From an uncultured Verrucomicrobiae bacterium (GTDB lineage Bacteria; Verrucomicrobiota; Verrucomicrobiia; Limisphaerales; Palsa-1400), in the NCBI GenBank assembly GCA_963813995.1, contig CAWFAZ010000086.1, forward strand, positions 71,973 through 135,972: a DNA stretch of 64,000 nucleotides, written 5' to 3'. Below the pieces are notes generated by a model that was given only the letters and a program-made list of their open reading frames with translations, did not search any database and was not told where the DNA came from. The translations under genes were made by a program, and so were the position numbers. Below, in pieces: positions 11,312-20,765 of this stretch. Numbering within the stretch: position 1 is the stretch's first letter; each line of letters opens with the position of its first letter.

Positions 11312-12241
11312 TCATTCCTTGGTCATTCGTGCTTCGTCATTAGTCATTCCGCCGATAAAATCGGCGGCGACCGCATTGGCGCGGACTTGGGCGGGGTCCT
11401 TGCAGCCCGGAATAACCGCTGTCACCAACGGATTTTTCAGACACCAGGCCAGGGCATATTGCGACATTTGAACCCCCGGCGGGACTTCCTCCTTTTGGAT
11501 GCGTTCGATTTCGGCGAAGTCCTGCCGCATTCTTGCAGGGTCGAACGTGGCGCGGACATCGTTCGGCGCGAATGTGGTTCCGGGACGATATTTGCCGCTC
11601 AACAACCCGCTGGCCAGCGGCACACGCGCCAAAATGCCAAGGCGGTCGCGTTGCGCGTGGGGAAAGTAAATCTGCTCCGGCCGGCGATCGAGCCGGTTAT
11701 AAACCACCTGAAGAACCTCCGCGCCAAACCGCCGGGCCTCGCGCGCCTGGAATTCGCTCCCCTTGCCCAGGATGGAAATCCCCAAATGCCGGATTTTCCC
11801 CGCCCGCCTCTGTTCCGCGAGCATCGCCCACAACTCATCATTCTGAAAAAGCGCATCCGACCCCGAATGAAACTGATAAAGATCAATGCGCTCCACGCGC
11901 AAAGACCGGAGCGAATCCTCCAATTGCCGCCGCACATCGGCGGCGCTGAAAACGTCATCACGTTCCATGAACCCGCGGAAGTGATGTCCGAACTTTGTCG
12001 CCACAATCCAGCGGGAGCGATCGCGCCGGGCCAGGTATTCCCCAACCAATTTTTCAGAGGTATGATCCCCGTAACACTCCGCAGTATCGATCAAGTTAAT
12101 GCCGCTGGCGGCAGCCTGATCGAAAATGGCATCGGCCTCATTCTGGGAAAAGACGCGACCCCACTCCCCGCCCAGTTGCCAGGTTCCGATCCCGATCACC
12201 GACACCCGCAACCCAGTATCGCCAAGAATTCGATAACGCAT
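11312..12241 (-). CDS. Aldo/keto reductase
   Basis: MRYRILGDTGLRVSVIGIGTWQLGGEWG...INLIDTAECYGDHTSEKLVG is a typical AKR N-terminus with the catalytic-region pattern. Confidence 0.9.
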   Translation of the reverse strand: MRYRILGDTGLRVSVIGIGTWQLGGEWGRVFSQNEADAIFDQAAASGINLIDTAECYGDHTSEKLVGEYLARRDRSRWIVATKFGHHFRGFMERDDVFSAADVRRQLEDSLRSLRVERIDLYQFHSGSDALFQNDELWAMLAEQRRAGKIRHLGISILGKGSEFQAREARRFGAEVLQVVYNRLDRRPEQIYFPHAQRDRLGILARVPLASGLLSGKYRPGTTFAPNDVRATFDPARMRQDFAEIERIQKEEVPPGVQMSQYALAWCLKNPLVTAVIPGCKDPAQVRANAVAADFIGGMTNDEARMTKE

Positions 12242-12273
12242 GAGATAAAATGAAACCAGCTACTCTTTCGGTG

Positions 12274-14841
12274 TTAAAGCGAAGGAACGCGCAGGCTCTG
12301 CATTTGGAACAGATGCAGTGCCGCGATGTTGACATGGTTGTAGCTTCCTTCCCCACCCCCCGGCCCGGACGTATAGCGTTCGTTGTTTTTCAAATAGCTC
12401 ATGTTTCGGGAATATTCGTCTTCACTGATGCAAATGGAGTATTCTTCCCCCGCTTTGAAGCTCACGCTGACCGGCGAGGACATGTCCCACCGTTTCCAAT
12501 CACCGGATTGCGGCATGACCAGATAACCGCAGGCGAGCGCCTCTTTGCATCCGGCCTTGCGGATCTCCAGCTTCTTCACGGCGCAGGTGATGCCCGTATT
12601 GACCGGCCCGGAGCCGTTGGCGAATTCCGCGCGAATAACATAATGGCCGCTGCGATTCACCTTGAAGCTCCTTGTCAGCAGTTGGTCGCCGGGTTTGCCC
12701 CAATTCTCAAAGTGGTGGCCGGCGATCAGCGTTCCTCCGCGATTCTGCATGTCCCTGGCCGGAATCACCTTTAGCTGATCTTCCGTCCCGTAGCAGCGGG
12801 GCGGGCTGAGGTGCGAGGCGTTGCCGCTTTGAGAATCCACCGCCTCAACTGCGTAATAATGCACCGTGTCCCGGTAGTCGGCGGACAAGGGATCAGTCCA
12901 ACGCGTCTGCCGGATGCCCCTGGCGCAAAGTTGTCCATCACGATAGATGTTAAAGAGGACGTTCGCGGCGTCATCGTGGTGGTAATGCAACGCCAGGCGT
13001 CCATCCTGAACGGTGATGCCTGCTTGCTGAGCGTCGTCCCATGTCGGTTGAACCGGCCCGAACAGTGCCCGGTCGTTTGAGACATCCACCATTCGCAGTG
13101 GAGCGGCGTCCTGAGATTCTTTGGGGTCCTGAAGGTAAATGTCCCATTGATTGGCGGGTTGCAGCGAATCCGCGGTTGCGAACTCGTCGCCGATATTCTT
13201 CCCGTTGAGTTCCACGCGCTGAACGGCGCAAACGCCGCGCGCCTGTGAATGGGCCGGGGGGAGATGCACGCGCACCTGATTGCGGGTGTTCTGCCAGGCG
13301 AAATCCCGAAGTTCGATCTGATCGCTGTTGGGGAAGGTTTCATTCCGCATCTCCGCCGTGATGAAAGGCCGGAAACGAATGCCGTCCCAGGAAGTTTCCA
13401 AACCGAAGACGACGTCCTGCATCGTCGCAAGGTAGCCGGCCACCGACCAGAGTTGGCGGCGGGAGTTGATGACGGGGCCATTCAAAGCTTTGCCTTTTAC
13501 TTCCGCCTGGCCGGTGACAAAGTCGAAGTTCTCCATATTGGAAAGGTTGAAGGCAGCCAGGCGCTCCAGGGAGCGAACGCCCAGGTTTACGGCATCGGGA
13601 TTGTTTGCCTGGCGGGCAGCCTTGGTCCAATAAGCGGTCACAAATGGCCAGATGGCCTGGTTGTGATAAACAGGCACTGTCCGCTCCTGCGGCCAGACGA
13701 CCGGCGGCCCGTGCGATCCGACGGGGTAATTTTTCAGTATCGTTTCCGCCCTGGCCTGGTCGGCGACCCCAAACAGGATGGCCAGCGACTCGCCGAGCAA
13801 ATCGTAACGGTGAACGCGGATGTCATACACCCCGTCTGAAAGCAGACAGGTGCTGTAAAGGCCGGCTTCAGGATCGAAGAAATGTTCATTGATGGACGCT
13901 TTCAGATTCCCGGCCCACGCCGCATAACGGGAGGCGTCGGTTTTTCGTCCCAGCAAGCTCGAATACCCGGCGGTGGTCTTCAACAGGAAGTAATCGGCGG
14001 CGTTCACCGAGAGCGCTTTGGACATCGCGATGGGCAGCACGTTGTCCCTGGTCCAACCGGGATACGTTTGCTCGCGCCAGTCAAGAAATGATTGCTCGCC
14101 ACGGTAAAGTCCGTCGGCGGGGTCAAACACCAGCCGCCGGTCCTGTTCGATGGTATCACAAAGGATCGGATAAACCCTTTTGAGGAAGTTTTCCCGCTCC
14201 GCGCCGTCGAGGTATTTCAACGTCTCGCCCGCCCCCAGCGCCCAAACTATACGGTCGCTGGAAACCGGATAACTTCCGCCGGAACCGGTGTCCTGAATGA
14301 TCTGGTTGGTGAACCCGCCCGCAACGGAGGATTTGAGAACCGAGGTCTTGAAGAGGAGCGAGTTGACGGTCCGCCGCGAATCGAACCCGGCCAGGGCCAG
14401 ATGCACGGAATAAGCCAGGTCGCGCGTCCAAACGTAGGTCCAAAACTCCCCCGTCTGCCAGGCTTCGAGTTCAACGGGCTGGCCCTTGCCGTAAGCGCCG
14501 TCCTTGATTTGCGCGACGGAATTCTGCAACGCCTCGTGAACCGCCATGGCGTAGAGTCCGTCGAAGAGCACGTTGCCGGTCCGGAGTCTGGCATGACCCT
14601 TCGCTTCAGAAAACGTGATCCGCTTTTCCGCCGGTTTGTTATCACGCAACTCTGCGGTGCTCGTCAGTTCGTACGTGCGGAGGTCGCCTGATTGACTGAC
14701 CGACATGGTTGTCCGTGTCGGGCCTTCGGCCAAAGTAACGCTGCTTTGCGCCCTGGCGCAGGCCATTCCCAACCACCCGCCGGCAATGAGTGCTCCCGTT
14801 AAAACCGTGTTCATCAATAATTGCATGACAAGATTTGGCAA
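12274..14841 (-). CDS. Secreted six-hairpin (alpha/alpha)6 glycoside hydrolase, GDE_C/GH15-like, with C-terminal CBM6/35-like domain
   Basis: 855-aa ORF with a signal-like N-terminus. Barrel-type blocks are present: FWTYVWTRDLAYSVHLALAGFD, GLYRGEQSFLDWREQTYPGW and YHNQAIWPFVTAYWTKAA. The C-terminus YVIRAEFANGSGPVNTGITCAVKKLEI...GDWKRWDMSSPVSVSFKAGEEYSICI looks like a beta-sandwich CBM. The exact GH family is not resolved. Confidence 0.6.
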   Translation of the reverse strand: MPNLVMQLLMNTVLTGALIAGGWLGMACARAQSSVTLAEGPTRTTMSVSQSGDLRTYELTSTAELRDNKPAEKRITFSEAKGHARLRTGNVLFDGLYAMAVHEALQNSVAQIKDGAYGKGQPVELEAWQTGEFWTYVWTRDLAYSVHLALAGFDSRRTVNSLLFKTSVLKSSVAGGFTNQIIQDTGSGGSYPVSSDRIVWALGAGETLKYLDGAERENFLKRVYPILCDTIEQDRRLVFDPADGLYRGEQSFLDWREQTYPGWTRDNVLPIAMSKALSVNAADYFLLKTTAGYSSLLGRKTDASRYAAWAGNLKASINEHFFDPEAGLYSTCLLSDGVYDIRVHRYDLLGESLAILFGVADQARAETILKNYPVGSHGPPVVWPQERTVPVYHNQAIWPFVTAYWTKAARQANNPDAVNLGVRSLERLAAFNLSNMENFDFVTGQAEVKGKALNGPVINSRRQLWSVAGYLATMQDVVFGLETSWDGIRFRPFITAEMRNETFPNSDQIELRDFAWQNTRNQVRVHLPPAHSQARGVCAVQRVELNGKNIGDEFATADSLQPANQWDIYLQDPKESQDAAPLRMVDVSNDRALFGPVQPTWDDAQQAGITVQDGRLALHYHHDDAANVLFNIYRDGQLCARGIRQTRWTDPLSADYRDTVHYYAVEAVDSQSGNASHLSPPRCYGTEDQLKVIPARDMQNRGGTLIAGHHFENWGKPGDQLLTRSFKVNRSGHYVIRAEFANGSGPVNTGITCAVKKLEIRKAGCKEALACGYLVMPQSGDWKRWDMSSPVSVSFKAGEEYSICISEDEYSRNMSYLKNNERYTSGPGGGEGSYNHVNIAALHLFQMQSLRVPSL

Positions 14842-15150
14842 CGAACTGGTTGAGGGGCGCTTTTCACTTTTTCGGATGAAGATTAAGGCTGGGAGCCGGA
14901 AACCGCCACCCCAAAACAGTGAACTTGCAACCGTGCGATCTGTCGATTCCCTCGCCCCACGAAGTGGGGAGAGGGTTTCGTTCGGTCAATGGTAGCAGTG
15001 TACGGATGCACCCCGGGGGAATGACCGCATGAAGATGCGATAGATTTTCCGCCCGGAAAGGTGGATACTGTCTTGTTGTCCAGGCCCGAAGCGTTGTCGA
15101 AAGCCCCATGATGGGCGCTTGAATCGCAGCGGGTTCGCAACTGGTTATAC

Positions 15151-18100
15151 ATGAAAACTAAACTCTGCCCGGGGCTTGCCGTCATCGTTGCGGCAGCCTG
15201 CCTGATCCCCGCGCCCGCCCGCGCCTACACAACCAATGTTCACACCTCGTTCCACTGGCATATGCATCAGCCGATTTACTGGCCGAACCGCCGCGATTAC
15301 GGCGTTGACCATTATGAACGGGCCTGGGACACCATCCAGCAGCAGAACGCCGGCCGGCCCGACCCCAGCCCGGAAGTGTTGAGCAGCGTTTTCGGCGAAG
15401 CGGACCGCGTCAACGCCTATCAGACCTCGCCGTATGCTGCGCTCTCCAGCATCCTGAGTTACCCGAATTCCGGCGCGCAGATGAGTTTCTCCGGCGCCCT
15501 GATCGAAAACGCGCAAAGTCTCGCTGCGGCCGGCCAGTTGGGTTATGGCACGGGTTGGAATCAGGACAACCAGACATTGCGCAGTTGGACCACCTCCGGC
15601 GGGCATCCGCGCCTGGACCTGGTGAATTTCACTTACCATCACGCCCTCGCCCCGCTCGTCAGCGCGGCCACTCTCCAGATGGAACTGCTCATTCAGCAGC
15701 GACAGATGCAAATCTTCTGGGGCACAAGCCCGCCCCAGTCGCGCGGCTATTTTCCCGCCGAAACCTGCTTCGCTGAATACATGATTCCGACGCTGCAAAG
15801 CAATGGCATCGCGTGGTCCATCGTTGCCAACAACCATCTGGCGCGCGCCTGCGCGGATTTCCCGGTGGTCACCGGCTCGGGTGGCGAGAATTGCGACCTG
15901 CCCAACCTGGCCGACCAACTCGATCCCGCCCAGGGCGCGGCCAATTATCAGCGGCTCTCGATTCAGCGCGGTTGCGCGCCCACCCAGGTCATGCCCTTCG
16001 GATTCCAGGTTCACTATGCCCGTTATGTTAATCCGCAAACCGGCGCCGCCTCGACTCTGATGGTCGTGCCGGCCGATCAGGCCTTTGGCTGGATGGACAG
16101 TTACAGCACCTGGAACCTGGACCTGCTCGCGCCCTTGCAGGCCCGCAATAATCCCGCCAAACCGGCGCTGGCACTCTTCGCCCATGACGGCGACAATGCC
16201 TGGAGCGGCGGCTATTCATATTACAACGAGTGGGTTAACGAGTTGGCCGGCCAGGCCGGCAGCCTCGGTTACGAACCGACTACCATTGAACAGTTCCTTC
16301 AGGATTTTCCTCCCGCCACCAATGATATCGTTCATGTCGAAAACGGAGGCTGGGTCTTTGCGGACGGCGATTTCGGTTCGCCCATCTTCATCAACTGGCA
16401 CTGGCCCCCAAGTTACACCGCCGCCAACGGCAAAAATGTGGTGGACCCGAGCCAGGGAATCAGCGACAAAGCGGACAACTGGCGCGTGATTACCGCCACG
16501 GAAAACCGGGTCAAAACCGCCCAGCAAATCTCGGGCATCACGCCCAACATTGATCAGGTGCGCGATCCCGGCAGCTATTCGGGCGCGCCCAGCGCGGTGG
16601 ATTTGGGCTGGCATTATTATCTGGCTTCTCTGGACAGCGGATTTGTTTACTTCGGCTGCACGGGCGACGAATGCGAGCGCTCCACCGTTGCGCAATCCAA
16701 CGCGGTGCGCAATGTGGACCCGATCCTGTCCGCCAACCCCGCGGCCGACACCACGCCGCCCACTGTTTTCATCCCGCAACGCCATCCCTGGAATCCGGGC
16801 GGCACCAATTTCGGCGTGCAATATGGTTACACGCTGATCGTCGAGACCAACACGGATTTCTGGATTTGGACTTATGCCTACGATGTGTCAGGCATCACGA
16901 ACGCCGCCCTGTTCTTCCGCATCGACGGCACGAACCCGCCGGTCAGCGATGAGTTCAAGACTTACGCCGGAGGACATGACACCGGCCCCTGGATCACTTC
17001 CAACCTGACTCTGCGCGTCGTGACTCCAACGCTGGGCGTGACGCCGCAATACATCGCGGATTATTATTATACAAAGGTCACGGGCATCACCAATGCCTAC
17101 GTGGATTATTATGTCAGCGCCACGGACAGCCGGGGCAATGCCAGCCGGTCGCCGATCCAGCATGTCTGGGTTGGCGCAGGCTCGGGCGGCAGCGGCGGCG
17201 GCAATGGCAGCGGATGCGACGGCGCCGTCTGCGTCGCGCCAGCGACTCCGGTGGCCGGGTCGCAGGTCACCATTCAATATAATCCCGCCGGCGGCCCCAT
17301 CGCCTCAGCCACGAGCGTGGACATTCATCTGGGTTGGAACGGATGGAATCCCGTCGTCTCGCCGGACGCGCCCATGACTCTTCTGCTCGCATCCAACCTC
17401 TGGCAATACACCGTGACCATTCCGAATACCGCGACGCAGTTGAATTGCTGTTTCAACAACGGCAGCGGCGCCTGGGCCAACAACAGCGGGGCGAACTGGA
17501 ATTTCACTGTCACCGCGAACACCAATCCCGTAGTGCCGTCCCAACCGCAGAACCTTGCCGCCACCCCGGTGCAGACCAATCAAATCAATCTGGCCTGGTC
17601 GGCGGCGGCGGGCGCGACAGGCTACATCGTCAATCGCGGCGATTCGCCGGTCGCCCTGACCAGCGGCACAAACTATTCGGACACGGGCCTGATGACGAAC
17701 ACTTCTTATTGCTACTCGATCGTGGCCTCCAACAGTGTGGGTTTCTCGACCCCGAGCGCGACAGTCTGCACGAACACGCTGGCCGTCACCATCCCGGCAT
17801 TCGTGCTGGACGGCGCTTTCGATTACCCCGGTTATCAACTCGCTTCAAACTCGGCGATGGTGCTTTACGCGGCCTTGCGCGGGACGATTCTTTACGTTGC
17901 CACGGGGTCGCCCGGAGACAGCGGGCCGAACGACTGCTTCATTTTCGTGACCGACCAATTGTCGGCCAGCGCGACCAATCCCGCGCCTTGGGCCAAGGCT
18001 GGCATGGTGGCCGTGGCCACGAACAAGCCGTATCTGGCCGCCGAAAGCCAGAATACTTACATAAGTTGGTATCTCAATGACACTCAAACCAACTATCCTT

Positions 18101-18585
18101 GCGCCAAGTCCGCCGCCACCAATGGCGCGATGGAAGGCGCCATCGATCTGTTGCTCGCCTTCGGTCACATTCCCACGAACATTTATCTCTGCGCCGCGGC
18201 CTACGTCACCACCAATGGCGGCGCGCTGGTGGCGCAATGCCCCGCCGGTTCCGGCCCCAACATCAACCCGGGCGGCTTCCTGGAAATTCCCGCCATCGCG
18301 TTGGATGATTCCAATGGCAGCGGAGTATTTAACCTGCTTGATCCAACGCGCGGCTTTGTTCTGCTCGGCGCCTCGCTGACCAACGGCGTGGGCTTCACCC
18401 TCAATTGGGCCTCGATGCCGGGGCATGGCTACCAGGTGGTCTATCGCAACACCCTGACCAACCCCTGGACCGATTTGCCCGGCGCGTCCAACGTCGCGGG
18501 ACCGCTGCAACTCATCCTTTCCCACACCGACCCCGTGCCCGCCAATGCCGTTGAGCGTTTCTACGGGATAAAATTAACGCCTTAG
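15151..18585 (+). CDS. Secreted multidomain GH57-family alpha-glucan-active enzyme (GH57 + CBM25/53-like + FN3 + C-terminal module)
   Basis: Signal peptide MKTKLCPGLAVIVAAACLIPAPARA. GH57 region I is FHWHMHQPIYWP, the nucleophile-like block is GYFPAETCF, and the acid/base-like block is LFAHDGDNAWSGG. The starch-binding-like block is VTIQYNPAGGPIASATSVDIHLGWNGWN...GAWANNSGANWNF. The FN3-like block is PQNLAATPVQTNQINLAWSAAAGATGYIV. Confidence 0.75.
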   Translation: MKTKLCPGLAVIVAAACLIPAPARAYTTNVHTSFHWHMHQPIYWPNRRDYGVDHYERAWDTIQQQNAGRPDPSPEVLSSVFGEADRVNAYQTSPYAALSSILSYPNSGAQMSFSGALIENAQSLAAAGQLGYGTGWNQDNQTLRSWTTSGGHPRLDLVNFTYHHALAPLVSAATLQMELLIQQRQMQIFWGTSPPQSRGYFPAETCFAEYMIPTLQSNGIAWSIVANNHLARACADFPVVTGSGGENCDLPNLADQLDPAQGAANYQRLSIQRGCAPTQVMPFGFQVHYARYVNPQTGAASTLMVVPADQAFGWMDSYSTWNLDLLAPLQARNNPAKPALALFAHDGDNAWSGGYSYYNEWVNELAGQAGSLGYEPTTIEQFLQDFPPATNDIVHVENGGWVFADGDFGSPIFINWHWPPSYTAANGKNVVDPSQGISDKADNWRVITATENRVKTAQQISGITPNIDQVRDPGSYSGAPSAVDLGWHYYLASLDSGFVYFGCTGDECERSTVAQSNAVRNVDPILSANPAADTTPPTVFIPQRHPWNPGGTNFGVQYGYTLIVETNTDFWIWTYAYDVSGITNAALFFRIDGTNPPVSDEFKTYAGGHDTGPWITSNLTLRVVTPTLGVTPQYIADYYYTKVTGITNAYVDYYVSATDSRGNASRSPIQHVWVGAGSGGSGGGNGSGCDGAVCVAPATPVAGSQVTIQYNPAGGPIASATSVDIHLGWNGWNPVVSPDAPMTLLLASNLWQYTVTIPNTATQLNCCFNNGSGAWANNSGANWNFTVTANTNPVVPSQPQNLAATPVQTNQINLAWSAAAGATGYIVNRGDSPVALTSGTNYSDTGLMTNTSYCYSIVASNSVGFSTPSATVCTNTLAVTIPAFVLDGAFDYPGYQLASNSAMVLYAALRGTILYVATGSPGDSGPNDCFIFVTDQLSASATNPAPWAKAGMVAVATNKPYLAAESQNTYISWYLNDTQTNYPCAKSAATNGAMEGAIDLLLAFGHIPTNIYLCAAAYVTTNGGALVAQCPAGSGPNINPGGFLEIPAIALDDSNGSGVFNLLDPTRGFVLLGASLTNGVGFTLNWASMPGHGYQVVYRNTLTNPWTDLPGASNVAGPLQLILSHTDPVPANAVERFYGIKLTP

Positions 18586-18624
18586 AGCCTGTTTTAAAAC
18601 CCAGAGAAACCCAATTTTAACGCC

Positions 18625-20703
18625 ATGACCTGTCTAAGAATTGTCTGCGCCGCGTTGTCCATGGCAACCGCGGTGCTCGCCCAATCCAGCCAGCCCGGAT
18701 GGGGCTCCACGCCATACAGCAATTCCCCCGGGTCCGGCGTCACTTTCCGGGTCTGGGCTCCGAACGCGGCCAGCGTCCATGTCCCCGGCCAGTTTAACAA
18801 TTGGTCCACCACCGCGACCCCGTTGGGCAAGGAGTTGAGCAACAGCGTTTGGACCGGCGTCTGGTCCGCCGACGTGCCCGTCGCGTCCACGGGTCAACAA
18901 TATAAATACTACATCAATTCCACCAACATGAGCCAGCCCTGGAAGCACGACCCCAGAACCCGCTACGTGGTCCAGGCCGGCTCCGGCTATAACGACATCA
19001 TCTATGACCCGAAGGCTTATAATTGGACGGGCGACGTTGCGGTGCGGCCGCCGCTGGAGGATCTGGTCATCTATGAACTTCACATCGGTGACTTCTATGA
19101 TCCGCGTTCCGGCTCCGGGCTGCCAGGCCGCTTCATCGACGCCACCAACAAGCTCGGCTACCTGCAAAGCCTGGGCGTCAGCGCCGTCGAAGTGATGCCC
19201 ATCGCGGAATTCCCCGGCTTGAGCGATTGGGGCTACGACCCGGCCGACCCGTTCGCGGCCGATAATTACGCCTACGGCGGTCCGAACGGATTCAAGACTT
19301 TTGTTCTGGCCTGTCACAAGCGCGGCCTGGCCGTTTTGCTTGACGTGGTCCACAACCACTACGGGCCGACCGATCTTGACCTGTGGAATTTCGACGGATG
19401 GTACACCGCGCCCAATGAAGGGGGCATTTACTTTTATCAGAGTAATGATCTCTGTTGCACCGGCTACGGTTCCCGTCCGGACTACAGCACGCAACAGGTG
19501 CGCAATTACATTCAGGATAACTTCACCATGTGGCTGGACGAATGCCATGTGGACGGTTTCCGCTGGGACACCCCCGGCCTGATGATGAATGCCACCGGCT
19601 ACGGCTACATCGCCGATGCCGGAACGCTTATCGCCGAAATCAACGAGATGATTCACACCAATTCCGGCATCATCAGCATCGCCGAGGATGTGACCGGCTA
19701 CGGCTTTGACGGTACCTGGGACTTGGGTTTTTACCAATGGCTCACCCCGCAACTGGCCGATACCCTGGATTCCGGGCGCAACATGGCGGACATTGCCTAT
19801 CCCATCGTCACCAACACCCTCTTTGGTGGTCAGGCGGGTTTTAACCGGGTGGTGTATCTGGAATCGCATGATGTGGTCGGCGATTTGAATGGGACCAACG
19901 CCGTCCGCCTGGTCACCGCGATTGACTCCAGCGCACCCGGCAGCTACCGGGCCAGAAAACTTTCCACCCTGGGGGCCGTTCTCACCTTCACCGCACCGGG
20001 CGTGCCGATGATATTCGAGGGCCAGGAAATGCTTGAGAACCAGCAATTCGATTCCAGCCGGCCCGTGGATTGGACCAAAACCAACACCTACAGCTACATC
20101 GTCCGGCTTTACCACGATCTCATCAGCGTGCGTCGCGACGCGCAAGGCTGCACTCCGGGTTTGGAAGGCGGCCAGTGCCGGATATATGAGGAGGACAACG
20201 TGAACAAGTTGCTGGCCTATCGGCGATGGGCCAGTGCCAACAGCAGTCAGGACGTGTTCGTGATCGCCAACTGCTCCAGCAACATCCAAAGCAACTACTC
20301 GCTGGCTTTCCCCGAAGCGGGCGTCTGGTACGTTCACTTTAACAGCGACTCAACCAACTACGGACCGGACTATGGCAACACCGGGCCGGCCACAGTGACC
20401 GCCCAAGGCTCCCCGGTTACGGGCAGCATCACCATCGGGCCTTACAGCGCGCTCATTCTTTCGCAAACCCCGCCCGTTCCGCCGCAGCTCACCCTCGGGC
20501 AAACCAACGGTGTCCTGACCCTTTCCTGGCCGAATACCTACGGGTGGTGGGTGCTGGATTCCAGCCCGGTGCTGACGGGAAATCCCCCGCCGTGGGCTCA
20601 AGTGCCGTCCACGCAATTCCAAACCAACGCCGCGGCGGTTTTCATCCACCCCGTTGCCTCCGCCGGTTCCGTCTTTTATCGTTTGCGCAACACCAAACCG
20701 TAA
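18625..20703 (+). CDS. Secreted GH13 alpha-amylase-family enzyme with N-terminal CBM48 (branching/debranching-enzyme-like)
   Basis: Signal peptide MTCLRIVCAALSMATAVLAQ. The CBM48-like block is GVTFRVWAPNAASVHVPGQFNNWS. The GH13 regions are VLLDVVHNHYGP, DGFRWDTPG, ISIAEDV and VYLESHDV. Confidence 0.85.
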   Translation: MTCLRIVCAALSMATAVLAQSSQPGWGSTPYSNSPGSGVTFRVWAPNAASVHVPGQFNNWSTTATPLGKELSNSVWTGVWSADVPVASTGQQYKYYINSTNMSQPWKHDPRTRYVVQAGSGYNDIIYDPKAYNWTGDVAVRPPLEDLVIYELHIGDFYDPRSGSGLPGRFIDATNKLGYLQSLGVSAVEVMPIAEFPGLSDWGYDPADPFAADNYAYGGPNGFKTFVLACHKRGLAVLLDVVHNHYGPTDLDLWNFDGWYTAPNEGGIYFYQSNDLCCTGYGSRPDYSTQQVRNYIQDNFTMWLDECHVDGFRWDTPGLMMNATGYGYIADAGTLIAEINEMIHTNSGIISIAEDVTGYGFDGTWDLGFYQWLTPQLADTLDSGRNMADIAYPIVTNTLFGGQAGFNRVVYLESHDVVGDLNGTNAVRLVTAIDSSAPGSYRARKLSTLGAVLTFTAPGVPMIFEGQEMLENQQFDSSRPVDWTKTNTYSYIVRLYHDLISVRRDAQGCTPGLEGGQCRIYEEDNVNKLLAYRRWASANSSQDVFVIANCSSNIQSNYSLAFPEAGVWYVHFNSDSTNYGPDYGNTGPATVTAQGSPVTGSITIGPYSALILSQTPPVPPQLTLGQTNGVLTLSWPNTYGWWVLDSSPVLTGNPPPWAQVPSTQFQTNAAAVFIHPVASAGSVFYRLRNTKP

Positions 20704-20765
20704 AGGCGTTTCCACCCAGCCCGCATAAACATGCTGTTGCCCCGGCCCGATCCTTCGTGTATGGT

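Noticed and set aside
20544-20765. 222-nt N-terminal extension of the giant GH13 ORF, overlapping the end of the preceding GH13 gene
   Set aside because: The extension is Arg/Pro-rich and overlaps the upstream gene's C-terminal module. A clean signal peptide starts at ATG 20766, so the shorter start is used. The same reasoning applies to the SOD (8142 vs 8004), DUF1559 (29368 vs 29428), 275-aa (38343 vs 38259) and higA (9317 vs 9233) extensions.
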